Assembly: GCA_001784435.1 (NCBI GenBank)
Contig: MFQZ01000005.1
Location: forward strand, 25,015 to 89,014
Direction: 5' to 3'
DNA from: Candidatus Magasanikbacteria bacterium RIFOXYC2_FULL_42_28
GTDB lineage: Bacteria; Patescibacteriota; Patescibacteriia; Magasanikbacterales; GWA2-37-8
DNA length: 64,000 nt
Shown here: positions 9,535 through 19,055 of the stretch, piece after piece
Numbering within the stretch: position 1 is the first letter of the stretch
Layout: each line of letters opens with the position of its first letter
Position numbers and translations under genes: made by a program
The notes under the pieces: generated by a model
Database searches by the model: none
Seen by the model: only the letters and a program-made list of their open reading frames with translations
What the model was told of the DNA's origin: nothing

Positions 9535-9606
9535 CTCCCAGGGTCGGATTCGAACCGACGACCAACTCGTTAACAGCGAGCTGCGCTACCGCTGCGCTAC
9601 CTGGGA
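9535..9606 (-). tRNA. tRNA-Asn (anticodon GTT)
   Basis: Cloverleaf deduced by hand: acceptor TCCCAGG/CCTGGGA, D-arm GCGC-AGCGGTA-GCGC, anticodon loop CTGTTAA, T-arm GTCGG-TTCGAAT-CCGAC, discriminator G. CCA not encoded. Confidence 0.85.
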
Positions 9607-9684
9607 ATAAAATGGGAATTTAAATTGTCTAAAGAACGTGGATATTATATTTAAAAAAAGGTATAATGTCAATAGGTTATACAC

Positions 9685-9948
9685 ATGATTATGAAAAAAG
9701 CGACTTTTAAAGAAAAAATACATAAAATCGTCGCCAAAATCCCCTCAGGCCAGGTTTTAACATACGCCGAAGTGGCCAAACGTGCCGGACGACCTAAGGC
9801 CTATCGCGCGGTGGGGAATATTTTGAACAAAAATTATGATCTAAAAATTCCTTGTCATCGGGTGATTCGTTCGGACGGGCAAAGCGGGGGATATAATCGC
9901 GGGGCAAAAGAAAAGGTTAGGAGATTAAAGGCCGAAAAGGCGATTTGA
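9685..9948 (+). CDS. MGMT-family protein (methylated-DNA-protein-cysteine methyltransferase DNA-binding/active-site domain only)
   Basis: IPCHRVIRSDG active-site motif and helix-turn-helix YAEVAKRAGRPKAYRAVG, typical of the Ogt C-terminal domain. Confidence 0.75.
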   Translation: MIMKKATFKEKIHKIVAKIPSGQVLTYAEVAKRAGRPKAYRAVGNILNKNYDLKIPCHRVIRSDGQSGGYNRGAKEKVRRLKAEKAI

Positions 9949-10012
9949 TTAATATGATTGCCAAAATTAAAAATATCGTATAAAATATAATTGTTAATTT
10001 AATAGACGTAGT

Positions 10013-10288
10013 ATGTCAACGCTAGGACCAAAAGAAAGACCGCTGTCAGGTGTATCATCAGCAACACCAGATGGGGAAATGCGACGCAAAAAACGATTAA
10101 CAAGCCGTGAAGTAGATCCTATCATACAGAAATTAAGGACCGTAGTCGCAAACCCCAATACTGGTAGGACTAGTTTGCAGTCAGAGGTTCAAGCCCTATA
10201 CAGAGAAGGATATGTGATTGATGATATTATAAATGCTTTGCCTGATGGTTTAGAAGAGGAATTTTTGGAAGCAATGGGGTTGAGTTAA
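10013..10288 (+). CDS. Hypothetical protein, atypical (AGA/ATA-rich) codon usage
   Basis: ORF only. Composition resembles the other suspected foreign genes (7429, 28265, 47729). Confidence 0.3.
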   Translation: MSTLGPKERPLSGVSSATPDGEMRRKKRLTSREVDPIIQKLRTVVANPNTGRTSLQSEVQALYREGYVIDDIINALPDGLEEEFLEAMGLS

Positions 10289-10402
10289 TAAACACAAACG
10301 ACAGAATGGCGATTTTTTACAAATCCTCCAACCGGGGGATTTTTTGTGATAAAGCATTGACTTTTTTTAAAATATGTGATATTTATTATATAGATTTTTT
10401 TA

Positions 10403-10714
10403 GTGCCATCAACCTTGTCTTTTTGGAGGACGCACATGGAAGTGGCAAAGTTGCCAACGATGGCAGAGATTAGAGTAGAGATCTCTGCCGATGAGAAAGT
10501 CACCGAGAAACCCAACAGGATCGCCAGGATGCGTCTGGCGATGTTGGAAGTGTACCTCATCAACGACGGGTGCAAAGAGCCAAGCAACGATTATCCTCGA
10601 CATGGTGCAAAAATCCGCGAAATCAGGGCAGCGCTAACCCAAAAACCAGCGCCTCGCCCCACCGTATCGCGTCGATTGCCGACGCGATCAATCGTGGCCA
10701 GAGACCCGAGGTGA
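10403..10714 (+). CDS. Hypothetical protein in GC-rich patch
   Basis: ORF only. Local GC about 50% versus ~38% background. True start may be Met at 10436. Confidence 0.25.
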   Translation: MPSTLSFWRTHMEVAKLPTMAEIRVEISADEKVTEKPNRIARMRLAMLEVYLINDGCKEPSNDYPRHGAKIREIRAALTQKPAPRPTVSRRLPTRSIVARDPR

Positions 10715-10838
10715 TTCTCCGGTCCGCGCCCGAACCCACCACAATAGCCCGCCGTGTGTTTCACCGGTGGGCTTCTCTATTTATCGCTACAAAATTGCTT
10801 ATTAAATTACTTTATGATAAAATATATTCACTTATTGT

Positions 10839-11657
10839 ATGTTTTACGCTATAATTTTAGGTATTGTCGAAGGCTTCACCGAATTTTTGCCAATTTCTTC
10901 TACTGGGCATATGATTTTGGTTGGGATGTGGCTCGGCACGGTTAATTCAGAATTTTGGAAAAGTTTTGAGATTGCGATTCAGCTCGGCGCAATTTTGGCC
11001 GTGGTCGTTTTATATTGGAAAAAAATTTGGGATGTAAAAAATGTTTGGCCGAAATTGTTGGTGGCGTTTTTGCCGACGGCGGTAATTGGGCTGGCGCTTT
11101 ATAAAATTGTTAAGCATTATTTATTGGGGAATGGTATGGTGGTGTTGGGGGCTTTGTTTATCGGCGGTGTCGTGATTATTTTGTTTGAGAGATATTATGA
11201 GAAAAAACACGCTTCGGAGGCAAATCAAACTTTAAGGGATTCCTCGACTTCGCTCGGAATGACAATTGATAGTTTTGAAAAAATTACTTATCGCCAAGCA
11301 TTTTACATCGGCCTATTTCAATCGATCGCGATTATCCCGGGCGTATCGCGCAGTGCGGCGACGATTATCGGTGGGCTCGCTTTAGGATTATCACGGCCGT
11401 TAATTATAGAATTTTCTTTTTTATTAGCCGTGCCAACTATGGCCGCGGCCACCGGACTGGATTTATTAAAAAGTGGCTTTAATTTTTCCGGCACAGAGTG
11501 GGGGATAATGGCTGTAGGATTTACCACTGCCTTTTTAACCGCTCTAGTTGCAATAAAATGGCTTTTGCGGTATATTACTAAGCACGACTTTACTATTTTT
11601 GGATGGTATAGGATCGCATTGGTCATGCTATGGCTAATTGTAATTTTAACTTTTTAA
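10839..11657 (+). CDS. uppP: Undecaprenyl-diphosphate phosphatase UppP/BacA, carrying an in-frame half-copy of palindromic element A
   Basis: EGFTEFLPISSTGHM signature. Residues DSSTSLGMTIDS are encoded by 11237..11272, which matches the right arm of family A. Confidence 0.9.
   Translation: MFYAIILGIVEGFTEFLPISSTGHMILVGMWLGTVNSEFWKSFEIAIQLGAILAVVVLYWKKIWDVKNVWPKLLVAFLPTAVIGLALYKIVKHYLLGNGMVVLGALFIGGVVIILFERYYEKKHASEANQTLRDSSTSLGMTIDSFEKITYRQAFYIGLFQSIAIIPGVSRSAATIIGGLALGLSRPLIIEFSFLLAVPTMAAATGLDLLKSGFNFSGTEWGIMAVGFTTAFLTALVAIKWLLRYITKHDFTIFGWYRIALVMLWLIVILTF
11237..11272. repeat. Family A half-element (GGGATTCCTCGACTTCGCTCGGAATGACAATTG) inside uppP, in-frame
   Basis: Identical right terminus CGCTCGGAATGACAA as the full copies. 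Translated as SLGMT. Confidence 0.75.
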
Positions 11658-11659
11658 AA

Positions 11660-11725
11660 ATCGAAGAATAAAGATTAAAGATTGAATTAAAAAAAATCTT
11701 TAATCTTAAATCTTTAATCTTTCAC
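11660..11725. terminator. AAGATT-repeat hairpin (AAGATTAAAGATTGAATT-A8-TCTTTAATCTTAAATCTTTAATCTTT)
   Basis: Long imperfect inverted repeat built from AAGATT units with an A8 loop, between uppP and proS. Sister copy at 21745..21808. Confidence 0.55.
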
Positions 11726-11727
11726 TT

Positions 11728-12957
11728 ATGAAACAATCCCAACTATTCACCAAAACCACCAAGCAAATTTCCAAAGAAGAAGTTAGCTTAAACGCGCAAC
11801 TTTTACAGCGCGCCGGATTTGTAGAAAAACTAATGGCGGGTGCCTATACCTATTCACCGCTCGGCCTTAGGGTATTACGAAAAATTGAAAATATCGTGCG
11901 TGAAGAAATGAATAAAATCGGCGGGCAGGAAGTTTTGATGCCGATGCTCCACCCTAAAGAAAATTGGGTGACTACCGGTGGTTGGGATAGCATTGACATT
12001 TTATTTAAAGTGCCAAGCCGAACCGAAAAAGAATATGCTTTGGGCCAAAGCGAAGAAGAAATCGTAACGCCATTTGTAATGAAGCGGGTGAATACCTACA
12101 GAGAATTACCACTTGCCGTCTATCAAATTCATTGGAAATTTCGTGATGAATTACGCGCTAAATCAGGGCTGTTGCGCGGCCGCGAATTTCTGATGAAAGA
12201 CATGTATAGTTTTAATGAAGATCAAGCTGATTTTGATAGATTTTATGCTATTGCTAAACAAGCATATTTGGCCATATTCAAACGAATGGGGCTGACTGCC
12301 AAAGTTACCGAGGCCTCCGGCGGATCATTTAGTGAAAAAATTTCTTACGAATTCATGGTTTTAACAGACGCGGGTGAGGACGATATTTTATATTGTAGTG
12401 ATTGTGACTTTTGCGTGAACGTCGAAATTTCTAAACAAAAAATCGGTGAGACATGCTCGCGTTGTAATAAAGGTAAAATGGAGCGCGCGACCGCATCTGA
12501 AGTAGGCAATGTCTTTGACTTGGGCCAAAAGTATGGCAAGGCCTTTGATTTGGGTTTTATAGGGCGCGATGGCAAGAAACAATTTCCAGTAATGGGTTGC
12601 TATGGAATCGGAATTTCGCGCGCTATGGGTGTAATCGTTGAAAAAAATAATGACGCCAAAGGTATAATCTGGCCAGCATCGGTCGCGCCGTTTCAATATC
12701 ATTTAATTTGTTTGGGCGATGATGCGGAAGTTAAAGCGACAGCCGATAAATTATATGCCGATATGACCGCTCAAGGCAAAGAGGTTTTATATGATGACCG
12801 AGCCGACACAGGCGCCGGCGCGAAATTCGCGGACGCGGATTTGATTGGATTGCCGACGCGGTTAGTGATTTCAGCCAAGACATTAAAAGAAAATGCGGTG
12901 GAGGTCAAAAATAGAAATGAAGAAAAGGCGGAGTTATTGCCATTAAGCCAATTTTAA
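11728..12957 (+). CDS. proS: Prolyl-tRNA synthetase (short form, no editing domain)
   Basis: Class II aaRS motifs and ProRS-typical N-terminus MKQSQLFTKTTKQ...AGF. Confidence 0.85.
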   Translation: MKQSQLFTKTTKQISKEEVSLNAQLLQRAGFVEKLMAGAYTYSPLGLRVLRKIENIVREEMNKIGGQEVLMPMLHPKENWVTTGGWDSIDILFKVPSRTEKEYALGQSEEEIVTPFVMKRVNTYRELPLAVYQIHWKFRDELRAKSGLLRGREFLMKDMYSFNEDQADFDRFYAIAKQAYLAIFKRMGLTAKVTEASGGSFSEKISYEFMVLTDAGEDDILYCSDCDFCVNVEISKQKIGETCSRCNKGKMERATASEVGNVFDLGQKYGKAFDLGFIGRDGKKQFPVMGCYGIGISRAMGVIVEKNNDAKGIIWPASVAPFQYHLICLGDDAEVKATADKLYADMTAQGKEVLYDDRADTGAGAKFADADLIGLPTRLVISAKTLKENAVEVKNRNEEKAELLPLSQF

Positions 12958-12959
12958 TT

Positions 12960-13075
12960 TCAAATTTCCAATATCCAATGTCAAATCAATGTCAAAGCCA
13001 AAATATCAAATTTGATATTGGGATTTTGGATTTGGTTGGAAATTGGGAATTTTGATTTTGACATGATTAATATTT
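12960..13075. repeat. AT-rich palindromic intergenic repeat, copy R2 (inverted, diverged)
   Basis: TTTCCAATATCCAATGTCAAA...TTGGAAATTGGGAATTTTGATTTTGACATG shares motifs with R1, R3 and R4. Confidence 0.6.
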
Positions 13076-13146
13076 ACAGCAGCAAACACTTGACAGGATT
13101 TTAATTATATCATACTATATAAGTATAGATTGGAATAATAATCATT

Positions 13147-13725
13147 ATGCCCTACGAAATTGTCTTTGATATTGAGACCCAAAATACCTTTGCCGACGTC
13201 AATAACGACTTTAAAAAATTATTAATTTCCTGCGTTTCTATTTATCGTTCGGATACGGACAGTTACCACAGTTTTGAAGAGAAAGAACTAGGCCAGTTGT
13301 GGCCGATTTTGGAAAAATGTGATCGGTTAATCGGATTTAACAGCGGACATTTTGATATTCCGGTTTTAAATAATTATTATTCCGGCGATTTAAGTAAATT
13401 CCCGCATTTGGATATTATGGATTCGGTTAAGGAAGCGCTCGGGATTCGGCTTAAACTGGCCGACATCGCGGCCGCGACTTTGGATAATGTTACCAAAAGC
13501 GCCGATGGCTTGCAGGCGATTCGCTGGTGGAAAGAGGGAAAAATTGAGGAAATAAAAAAATATTGCGAGCAGGATGTGCGCGTGACGAAAGAATTATACG
13601 ATTTTGGATTAGCCAACAACCAATTATTTTACAAAAGTTTTAAAGGAGAAGTTTTGCCGTTTGCGGTAAATTTTAAACCTCCCGCCACTGTGGCACAGGC
13701 GATAAATTATACGTTACCATTTTGA
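13147..13725 (+). CDS. DEDDh-type 3'-5' exonuclease family protein
   Basis: FDIET (Exo I), GFN.GHFDIPVL (Exo II) and YCEQD (Exo III) motifs. Confidence 0.6.
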   Translation: MPYEIVFDIETQNTFADVNNDFKKLLISCVSIYRSDTDSYHSFEEKELGQLWPILEKCDRLIGFNSGHFDIPVLNNYYSGDLSKFPHLDIMDSVKEALGIRLKLADIAAATLDNVTKSADGLQAIRWWKEGKIEEIKKYCEQDVRVTKELYDFGLANNQLFYKSFKGEVLPFAVNFKPPATVAQAINYTLPF

Positions 13726-13726
13726 T

Positions 13727-14116
13727 ATGTTTTCTCTCCGCCGCGAAACCGACTATGCCCTGCGTTTATTAAAAACGCTTTCCACCGCGCCCAAAGGCCG
13801 CGCCAGTTTGATGACTGTTTCTAACCAAACCGGCATTTCATTTTTATTTTTACAAAAAATCGCCCGCAAATTACGGATCGCCGGGTTAATTAAATCTACC
13901 AAAGGTGTGAGCGGTGGTTATGAATTAAAAATCAAACCCAATAAATTAAGTTTAAAAAATATTATTTCGGTAGTGGAGGGTGGTTGTGCGCTGTGGTCGT
14001 GTTGCGAAGGTGGTGGCGGGTGCGCGCAGGAAAAATGCGGTATTCGTAAACGCGCGAAAACGGTTAATAAAAAAGTATTGAAATTTTTAACGGATGTGAA
14101 GTTGAGTGATTTTTAA
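13727..14116 (+). CDS. iscR: Rrf2-family transcriptional regulator (IscR-like) with Cys-rich C-terminus
   Basis: Rrf2 signature STKGVSGGYEL and cysteines CALWSCCEGGGGC. Immediately upstream of the iscS homolog. Confidence 0.8.
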   Translation: MFSLRRETDYALRLLKTLSTAPKGRASLMTVSNQTGISFLFLQKIARKLRIAGLIKSTKGVSGGYELKIKPNKLSLKNIISVVEGGCALWSCCEGGGGCAQEKCGIRKRAKTVNKKVLKFLTDVKLSDF

Positions 14117-14118
14117 TT

Positions 14119-15363
14119 ATGCCCTTACCAAAACTTAAAAAAGTTCGCGACGTTTATCTTGACCATGCGGCCACGACTTATGTAATTCCCGCAGTGGCCA
14201 AAGCGATGGCGCCGTACATTGAAACCAATTACGCCAATCCGTCTTCTTTGTATAGATTAGGACGAATTAACAACGGCGCGATTAATGACGCGCGCCGAAC
14301 GATTGCCCAAGGCCTTGGCACAATGCCAGACACGATTGTGTTTACGGCTGGCGGAACAGAATCTGACAACCTGGCGATTTTTGGTGTCGCCAAGGCCAAC
14401 GCTGACCGAGGCAAGCATATTGTTTCTATTGGCATTGAACATCACGCTGTCCTGCATTCTTTGCGCGAATTAAAAAAAGACGGTTATGAAATTACTTTTG
14501 TGCCGGTGGATGGCGAAGGGATAGTTAAAGTAGAAGATATTGTCGCCGCGATTCGTCCGGACACAATTTTAATTACGGTAATGTTCGCCAACAACGAAGT
14601 GGGCACAATTGAACCGATTGCCGACATCGGCCGTGCTATTCTAAAATATCGTCAAACCAATAAAACTATTTACCCATATTTCCACTCAGACGCCTGCCAA
14701 GCGGCTGGCTATTTAGATTTAGATGTTGAGAAATTGCACGTTGATTTATTAACAATTAACGGTGGAAAAATTTACGGACCCAAAGGCGTTGGCGCACTAT
14801 ACATTCGTCGCGGGGTAAAAATTCGCCCGATGATTTGGGGCGGAGGACAGGAACGCGCTATGCGCTCGGGCACGGAAAATATTTCTGGCATAGTTGGTTT
14901 CGCTAAAGCATTTGAGTTGGCACAAACGTCTCGTGAAAAAGAGTGGAAACGCGTTTTGGAAATTGCTAAATATCTGTGGGAACGAGTACAAAAAGAAATT
15001 CCCAAAGTGCGCCTGAATGGGCCACCTTTTGGCGTTAATCGTTTGCCCAACAATGTCAATATTACTTTTATGGATGTGGAAGGCGAGGCGATGCTACTCT
15101 ATTTAGATGAATACGGCATTATGGCCTCAACCGGCTCAGCTTGCACCTCAACTTCCTTGGAACCATCGCACGTAATCACCGGCATGGGCTTACCTTACGA
15201 ATACGCCCACGGCTCAATGCGTTTCACCTTTGGCAAACGCAATACCAAAGCGGACGTAGATTATTTAATGAAAGTTTTTCCGGAAATTGTACGGGTACTG
15301 CGCGAAATTTCGCCAGTGGTGTTGGAAGAGGGAAAAAAGCACGCGAAGATTCATCAAAGATAA
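14119..15363 (+). CDS. iscS: Cysteine desulfurase (class V aminotransferase, IscS/NifS)
   Basis: PLP lysine region SGHKIYGPKG-like (INGGKIYGPKG) and active-site Cys loop SGSACTS. Confidence 0.9.
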   Translation: MPLPKLKKVRDVYLDHAATTYVIPAVAKAMAPYIETNYANPSSLYRLGRINNGAINDARRTIAQGLGTMPDTIVFTAGGTESDNLAIFGVAKANADRGKHIVSIGIEHHAVLHSLRELKKDGYEITFVPVDGEGIVKVEDIVAAIRPDTILITVMFANNEVGTIEPIADIGRAILKYRQTNKTIYPYFHSDACQAAGYLDLDVEKLHVDLLTINGGKIYGPKGVGALYIRRGVKIRPMIWGGGQERAMRSGTENISGIVGFAKAFELAQTSREKEWKRVLEIAKYLWERVQKEIPKVRLNGPPFGVNRLPNNVNITFMDVEGEAMLLYLDEYGIMASTGSACTSTSLEPSHVITGMGLPYEYAHGSMRFTFGKRNTKADVDYLMKVFPEIVRVLREISPVVLEEGKKHAKIHQR

Positions 15364-15372
15364 AATTCACAT

Positions 15373-15472
15373 TGTCATTCCGACGACGAAGGAGGAATCT
15401 CTATCCCGTTAGTGATTTTACAGCCAAATGGAGATCTCCCGTCGGATGCGAATCCTCGCTCGGGATGACAAA
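15373..15472. repeat. Palindromic element family A copy, intergenic (iscS-nifU)
   Basis: TTGTCATTCCGACGACG...CGCTCGGGATGACAAATG termini. Internal GGAGGAATCTCTATCCC / GGAGATCTCC arms. Confidence 0.85.
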
Positions 15473-15498
15473 TGAATTGTTTAATTAATTAAAATATT

Positions 15499-16209
15499 AT
15501 GCCTACCAAAACAAAATCCAAAATAAAAATCACCAACAAAAAAGTGGTCCAAAAGAAAAATTTAAAAGAAGAAGTGGATGTGCGCACGCCCGATGGTGGC
15601 GGTTGGCTTTATTCTGATATTGTCAAAGACCACTTTTTTAATCCCCGCAATTTTATGCAATATGGGGAAGAAGAAAAGTTCAAATTTAATGGTATCGGGC
15701 GTGTCGGCAGTCCGGCTTGTGGCGATGAAATGGTTTTGTGGGTGCAAATTGATCCGAAAACTGAAAAAATCAGTCAGTGCCGTTGGCGCACCTTTGGTTG
15801 TGGCAGTGCAATTGCTTCCACGAGCGCATTGTCGGAAATGATTGTAGAAAATAGCGGAATGAAAATTGATGAGGCGTTAAAATTAAAACCACAAAATATT
15901 TTGGAGCGTTTGGGTGGTTTGCCTAACCGCAAAGTTCACTGCTCGGTGTTGGGTGACAAGGCCTTACAGTCGGCGATCAACGACTTTTTTCGTAATACCG
16001 CCCAACACAGCCGCGTTCAAACCGCTGGCGCGAAAGTAATTGATAAAGAATTAAATGTTACCGACCACGATATTGAAGAGGCGGTTTTGGAAGGCGCGCA
16101 AAATTTGGAGGACTTACAACATAAATTAAAAGTGGGGGTATTTAATAAAGAAGTAATCCCGCAATTGGAAGATTTACTTCGCTTTTACAATGAAAAATAT
16201 TATGGCTAA
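15499..16209 (+). CDS. nifU: NifU/IscU-type Fe-S cluster assembly scaffold with C-terminal extension
   Basis: IscU motifs GSPACGDEM, FGCGSAIASTS and HCSVLGDKAL. Confidence 0.85.
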   Translation: MPTKTKSKIKITNKKVVQKKNLKEEVDVRTPDGGGWLYSDIVKDHFFNPRNFMQYGEEEKFKFNGIGRVGSPACGDEMVLWVQIDPKTEKISQCRWRTFGCGSAIASTSALSEMIVENSGMKIDEALKLKPQNILERLGGLPNRKVHCSVLGDKALQSAINDFFRNTAQHSRVQTAGAKVIDKELNVTDHDIEEAVLEGAQNLEDLQHKLKVGVFNKEVIPQLEDLLRFYNEKYYG

Positions 16210-16525
16210 AAATATTGTACGTGTCTGTTGCGGTATGACCTGTGGTATTACCGGCTCCAGAAAAATAATGTCAAAATTAGAAGAATCAATGGGCTTAAAA
16301 GCCGGCGAACAGAACGAAGAAAATGACCTGGGTTTTTGCGGTTGCACGGGTTATTGCCATATGGCGCCCAATGTCGTGATTAATGATAACGAAATCCACC
16401 ATGTTAACCCTGATACCGTGACCAAGGATGTAGAGGAAGAAAAAAAGAAACCAGCCGGTTCGGAAAAACCGCCCGAAGCCACGGCCGAGGAAATTATGAA
16501 TTTGGATTTTTTGGGGGACCTTTAA
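16190..16525 (+). CDS. Thioredoxin-like [2Fe-2S] ferredoxin (NuoE-like fold)
   Basis: Cys pattern VCCGMTCG ... FCGCTGYCHMAPNVVIND resembles the NuoE-type 2Fe-2S motif. Overlaps the nifU 3' end by 20 nt. Confidence 0.6.
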   Translation: MKNIMAKNIVRVCCGMTCGITGSRKIMSKLEESMGLKAGEQNEENDLGFCGCTGYCHMAPNVVINDNEIHHVNPDTVTKDVEEEKKKPAGSEKPPEATAEEIMNLDFLGDL

Positions 16526-16561
16526 TTTTAAATTTCAGATTTATAATCTCAGAATTGCGAA

Positions 16562-16590
16562 CCTCAGCCTTCACTGGCTGAGGTTTTATT
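16562..16590 (+). terminator. Rho-independent terminator (CCTCAGCC-ttcactg-GCTGAGG + TTTTATT)
   Basis: 8-bp perfect stem followed by a T-run downstream of the isc cluster. Confidence 0.7.
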
Positions 16591-16633
16591 ATGATTATTT
16601 GCTTTTTAGCTTTCTTTTTGCTAAAATATACCC

Positions 16634-17395
16634 ATGGAAAAAGGCAAATTATACATCGTCGCCACGCCCATTGGGAATTTGGACGACATTACTTTACGCG
16701 CTTTAGCGACTTTAAAGAGCGTTGATTTTATTTTGTGCGAAGATACGCGCGTGACGAAAAATTTATTAGACCGGTATGAGATTGTGAAACCGACGATTTC
16801 GTATCATCAACATAGCGACGCGCGCAAGACCAAAGAAATTATTGAATTGTTAGAAAACGGTAAAAATTTGGCGTTAGTAACGGACGCGGGCACGCCGGGA
16901 ATTTCTGATCCGGGGAATTTGTTGATTGCCACCCTACTGTCATTTCGAACCCACGCAGTGGGTGAGAAATCTCCATCCCGTTCGCCCAACGACAATGGAG
17001 ATTCCTCGTCGCTTCGCTCGCTCGGAATGACAAATGACGACAAAGTACAAATTGTCCCCATTCCTGGCCCCTGCGCCGCTATCGCCGCCCTCTCTATTTC
17101 CGGCTTCCCAACTGACAAATATTTTTTCATGGGATTTCCGCCCCATAAAAATAAACGGCATAAATTTTTTCAAGAAGTTGCCACTGCCAAATACACTGTC
17201 GTATTTTACGAATCCGGCCATCGTATTACCAAATGCCTGACTGAATTACAAAAATTTTTAAAACCGGAACAAAAAATAATTATCGCCCGCGAACTTACCA
17301 AAAAATTTGAAACAATTTATCGCGGTACGGCTGGTGATATTGGTAATATGCAGGTGGAAGAACGAGGGGAGTTTACCGTGATAATTTCTAATTAA
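16634..17395 (+). CDS. rsmI: 16S rRNA (cytidine1402-2'-O)-methyltransferase RsmI, carrying a full in-frame copy of palindromic element A
   Basis: Tetrapyrrole-methylase fold motifs LYIVATPIGNLDDIT and DAGTPGISDPG. A ~33-aa insert TLLSFRTHAVGEKSPSRSPNDNGDSSSLRSLGMTNDD is encoded by element 16937..17037. Confidence 0.85.
   Translation: MEKGKLYIVATPIGNLDDITLRALATLKSVDFILCEDTRVTKNLLDRYEIVKPTISYHQHSDARKTKEIIELLENGKNLALVTDAGTPGISDPGNLLIATLLSFRTHAVGEKSPSRSPNDNGDSSSLRSLGMTNDDKVQIVPIPGPCAAIAALSISGFPTDKYFFMGFPPHKNKRHKFFQEVATAKYTVVFYESGHRITKCLTELQKFLKPEQKIIIARELTKKFETIYRGTAGDIGNMQVEERGEFTVIISN
16937..17037. repeat. Family A full-length element inside rsmI, in-frame
   Basis: CTGTCATTTCGAACCC...CGCTCGGAATGACAAATG. 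The reading frame is maintained through the element with no stop. Confidence 0.85.
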
Positions 17396-17495
17396 CTAAT
17401 TCACTAATTTCTAATAAAATACTAAATTCAAAAGATACTTAAAGCATTGGTAATTTTATTAGTTAATTAGCGAATTAGGCCTTAGCGAATTTTAA
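17396..17495. repeat. Palindromic intergenic repeat family C (arms TAATTCACTAATTTCTAATAAAAT / ATTTTATTAGTTAATTAGCGAATTAG)
   Basis: Second copy at 63268..63395 shares AATTAGTGAATTAGCGAATTAG and its reverse complement. Confidence 0.65.
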
Positions 17496-17504
17496 AATAT
17501 TTTT

Positions 17505-19046
17505 ATGTCACAAAAGCAAAAATATTACCTCACCACCGCCATACCCTACGCCAATGCCGACCCGCACATCGGCTTTGCTTTGGAATTATTATACACCGAC
17601 ATCATGGCACGCTACCAACGTTTGCTTGGCAAAGACGTATATTTTTTAACCGGCACGGACGAACACGGCCAAAAAATGTACCGCACAGCTACGGCGCTGG
17701 GCGTAAAAGTGGAAGATTTTGCCGCGGAAAAATCCGCGCGATATTTAAAATTAGCCGACGAATGGAATGTTACTAATAACGATTTTATCCGTACAACCGA
17801 ACCGCGCCACGAGCAAAGCGTACAAAAATTTTGGAACGCATCGTTGAAATCCGGTGATATTTACAAAAAATCTTATACCGGATTATATTGCACCGGCTGT
17901 GAATCATTTAAAACCGAAAAAGATTTGGTAGACGGCAAATGTAGCGACCACAATAAAGAACCGGAGGAATTATCCGAAGAAAATTATTTTTTTCGCTTAT
18001 CAAAATATCAAGAACCCTTAAAATTTTTATTTGAGGAAGCCAATCCGGATTTTGTTTACCCCCCCAGTCGCGGTAAAGAAATGTATAATATTTTGAAAAA
18101 CGGATTAGACGATATTAGTATTTCTCGATCCAAAGAAAAATTAACTTGGGGAGTGCCGGTGCCTGACGACGACACGCAGGTGATGTATGTTTGGTTTGAC
18201 GCGCTTACCAATTATATTACGGCCTTAGGGTGGGGGAGCGACGACGAAACTTTATTCAAAAAATACTGGCCGGCAGACGCGCATGTAATTGGCAAAGAAA
18301 TTAATCGCTTCCATAGTTTACTTTGGCCGGCGATGTTAATGTCAGCCGGTGTGGAATTGCCCAAACAAATCGCGGTGCATGGTTGGATGACGGTGGACGG
18401 ACAAAAAATGAGCAAAACTATCGGCAATGTCATTGACCCGTTAAAATTAATTGAACAATATCCGTTAGAAGCGGTGCGTTATTTTTTGGCGCGCGAAATT
18501 CCGTTTAATAATGATGGTGATTTTTCCGATACCAAATTCCGCGACCGCTATGCCGGCGACTTGGCTAATGGTTTGGGAAATTTTACCAGTCGAGTATTAT
18601 CAATGATTGAAAAATATGCCGAGGGGGTCGTGCCGAAAGTGGAAAATATAAATACTGATTTAAATAAGTATTTAAATCATGATATCTGGCCGGCTTATAC
18701 GAGCGCGATGGATAAATGGGATTTTTGCACCGCTCTCACCATTACCAATAAATTTATCACCCATTGCGACCAGATGATTTCCGATCAGCAACCATGGGCA
18801 ATGGCGAAAGCGGGTAAAATGACCGAGGTAAGTGATTTACTCTACCATTTGGCCGAGGCCTTACGCCACATCGCGATTATGATTTGGCCGGTGATGCCGG
18901 AGACATCAGAAAAAATTATCACGCAATTGGGATTAGATACCGCGATTGAATTTGCGAAACCGCTTGACGAATTAAATCAATGGGTGGATTTAACCGTTGG
19001 TAATAAAATTAACAAGGGGGAAATTTTATTTCCTCGTTTAACATAA
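17505..19046 (+). CDS. metG: Methionyl-tRNA synthetase
   Basis: HIGH-like motif PHIGFAL and KMSKTIGNV (KMSKS), plus Cys4 zinc knuckle CTGCESFKTEKDLVDGKCSDH. Confidence 0.9.
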   Translation: MSQKQKYYLTTAIPYANADPHIGFALELLYTDIMARYQRLLGKDVYFLTGTDEHGQKMYRTATALGVKVEDFAAEKSARYLKLADEWNVTNNDFIRTTEPRHEQSVQKFWNASLKSGDIYKKSYTGLYCTGCESFKTEKDLVDGKCSDHNKEPEELSEENYFFRLSKYQEPLKFLFEEANPDFVYPPSRGKEMYNILKNGLDDISISRSKEKLTWGVPVPDDDTQVMYVWFDALTNYITALGWGSDDETLFKKYWPADAHVIGKEINRFHSLLWPAMLMSAGVELPKQIAVHGWMTVDGQKMSKTIGNVIDPLKLIEQYPLEAVRYFLAREIPFNNDGDFSDTKFRDRYAGDLANGLGNFTSRVLSMIEKYAEGVVPKVENINTDLNKYLNHDIWPAYTSAMDKWDFCTALTITNKFITHCDQMISDQQPWAMAKAGKMTEVSDLLYHLAEALRHIAIMIWPVMPETSEKIITQLGLDTAIEFAKPLDELNQWVDLTVGNKINKGEILFPRLT

Positions 19047-19055
19047 TTTTGTCAT

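Noticed and set aside
10150-10215. tRNA-like T-arm (GGTTCAAGCCC) inside ORF 10013..10288
   Set aside because: No acceptor, D or anticodon stems could be paired. Only the T-arm motif is present.
15141-15488. Track ORFs 15141..15488, 24733..24924 and 53845..54030 with SLGMT-containing translations
   Set aside because: They are read-throughs of intergenic family A elements. There is no start context and they are not conserved beyond the repeat.
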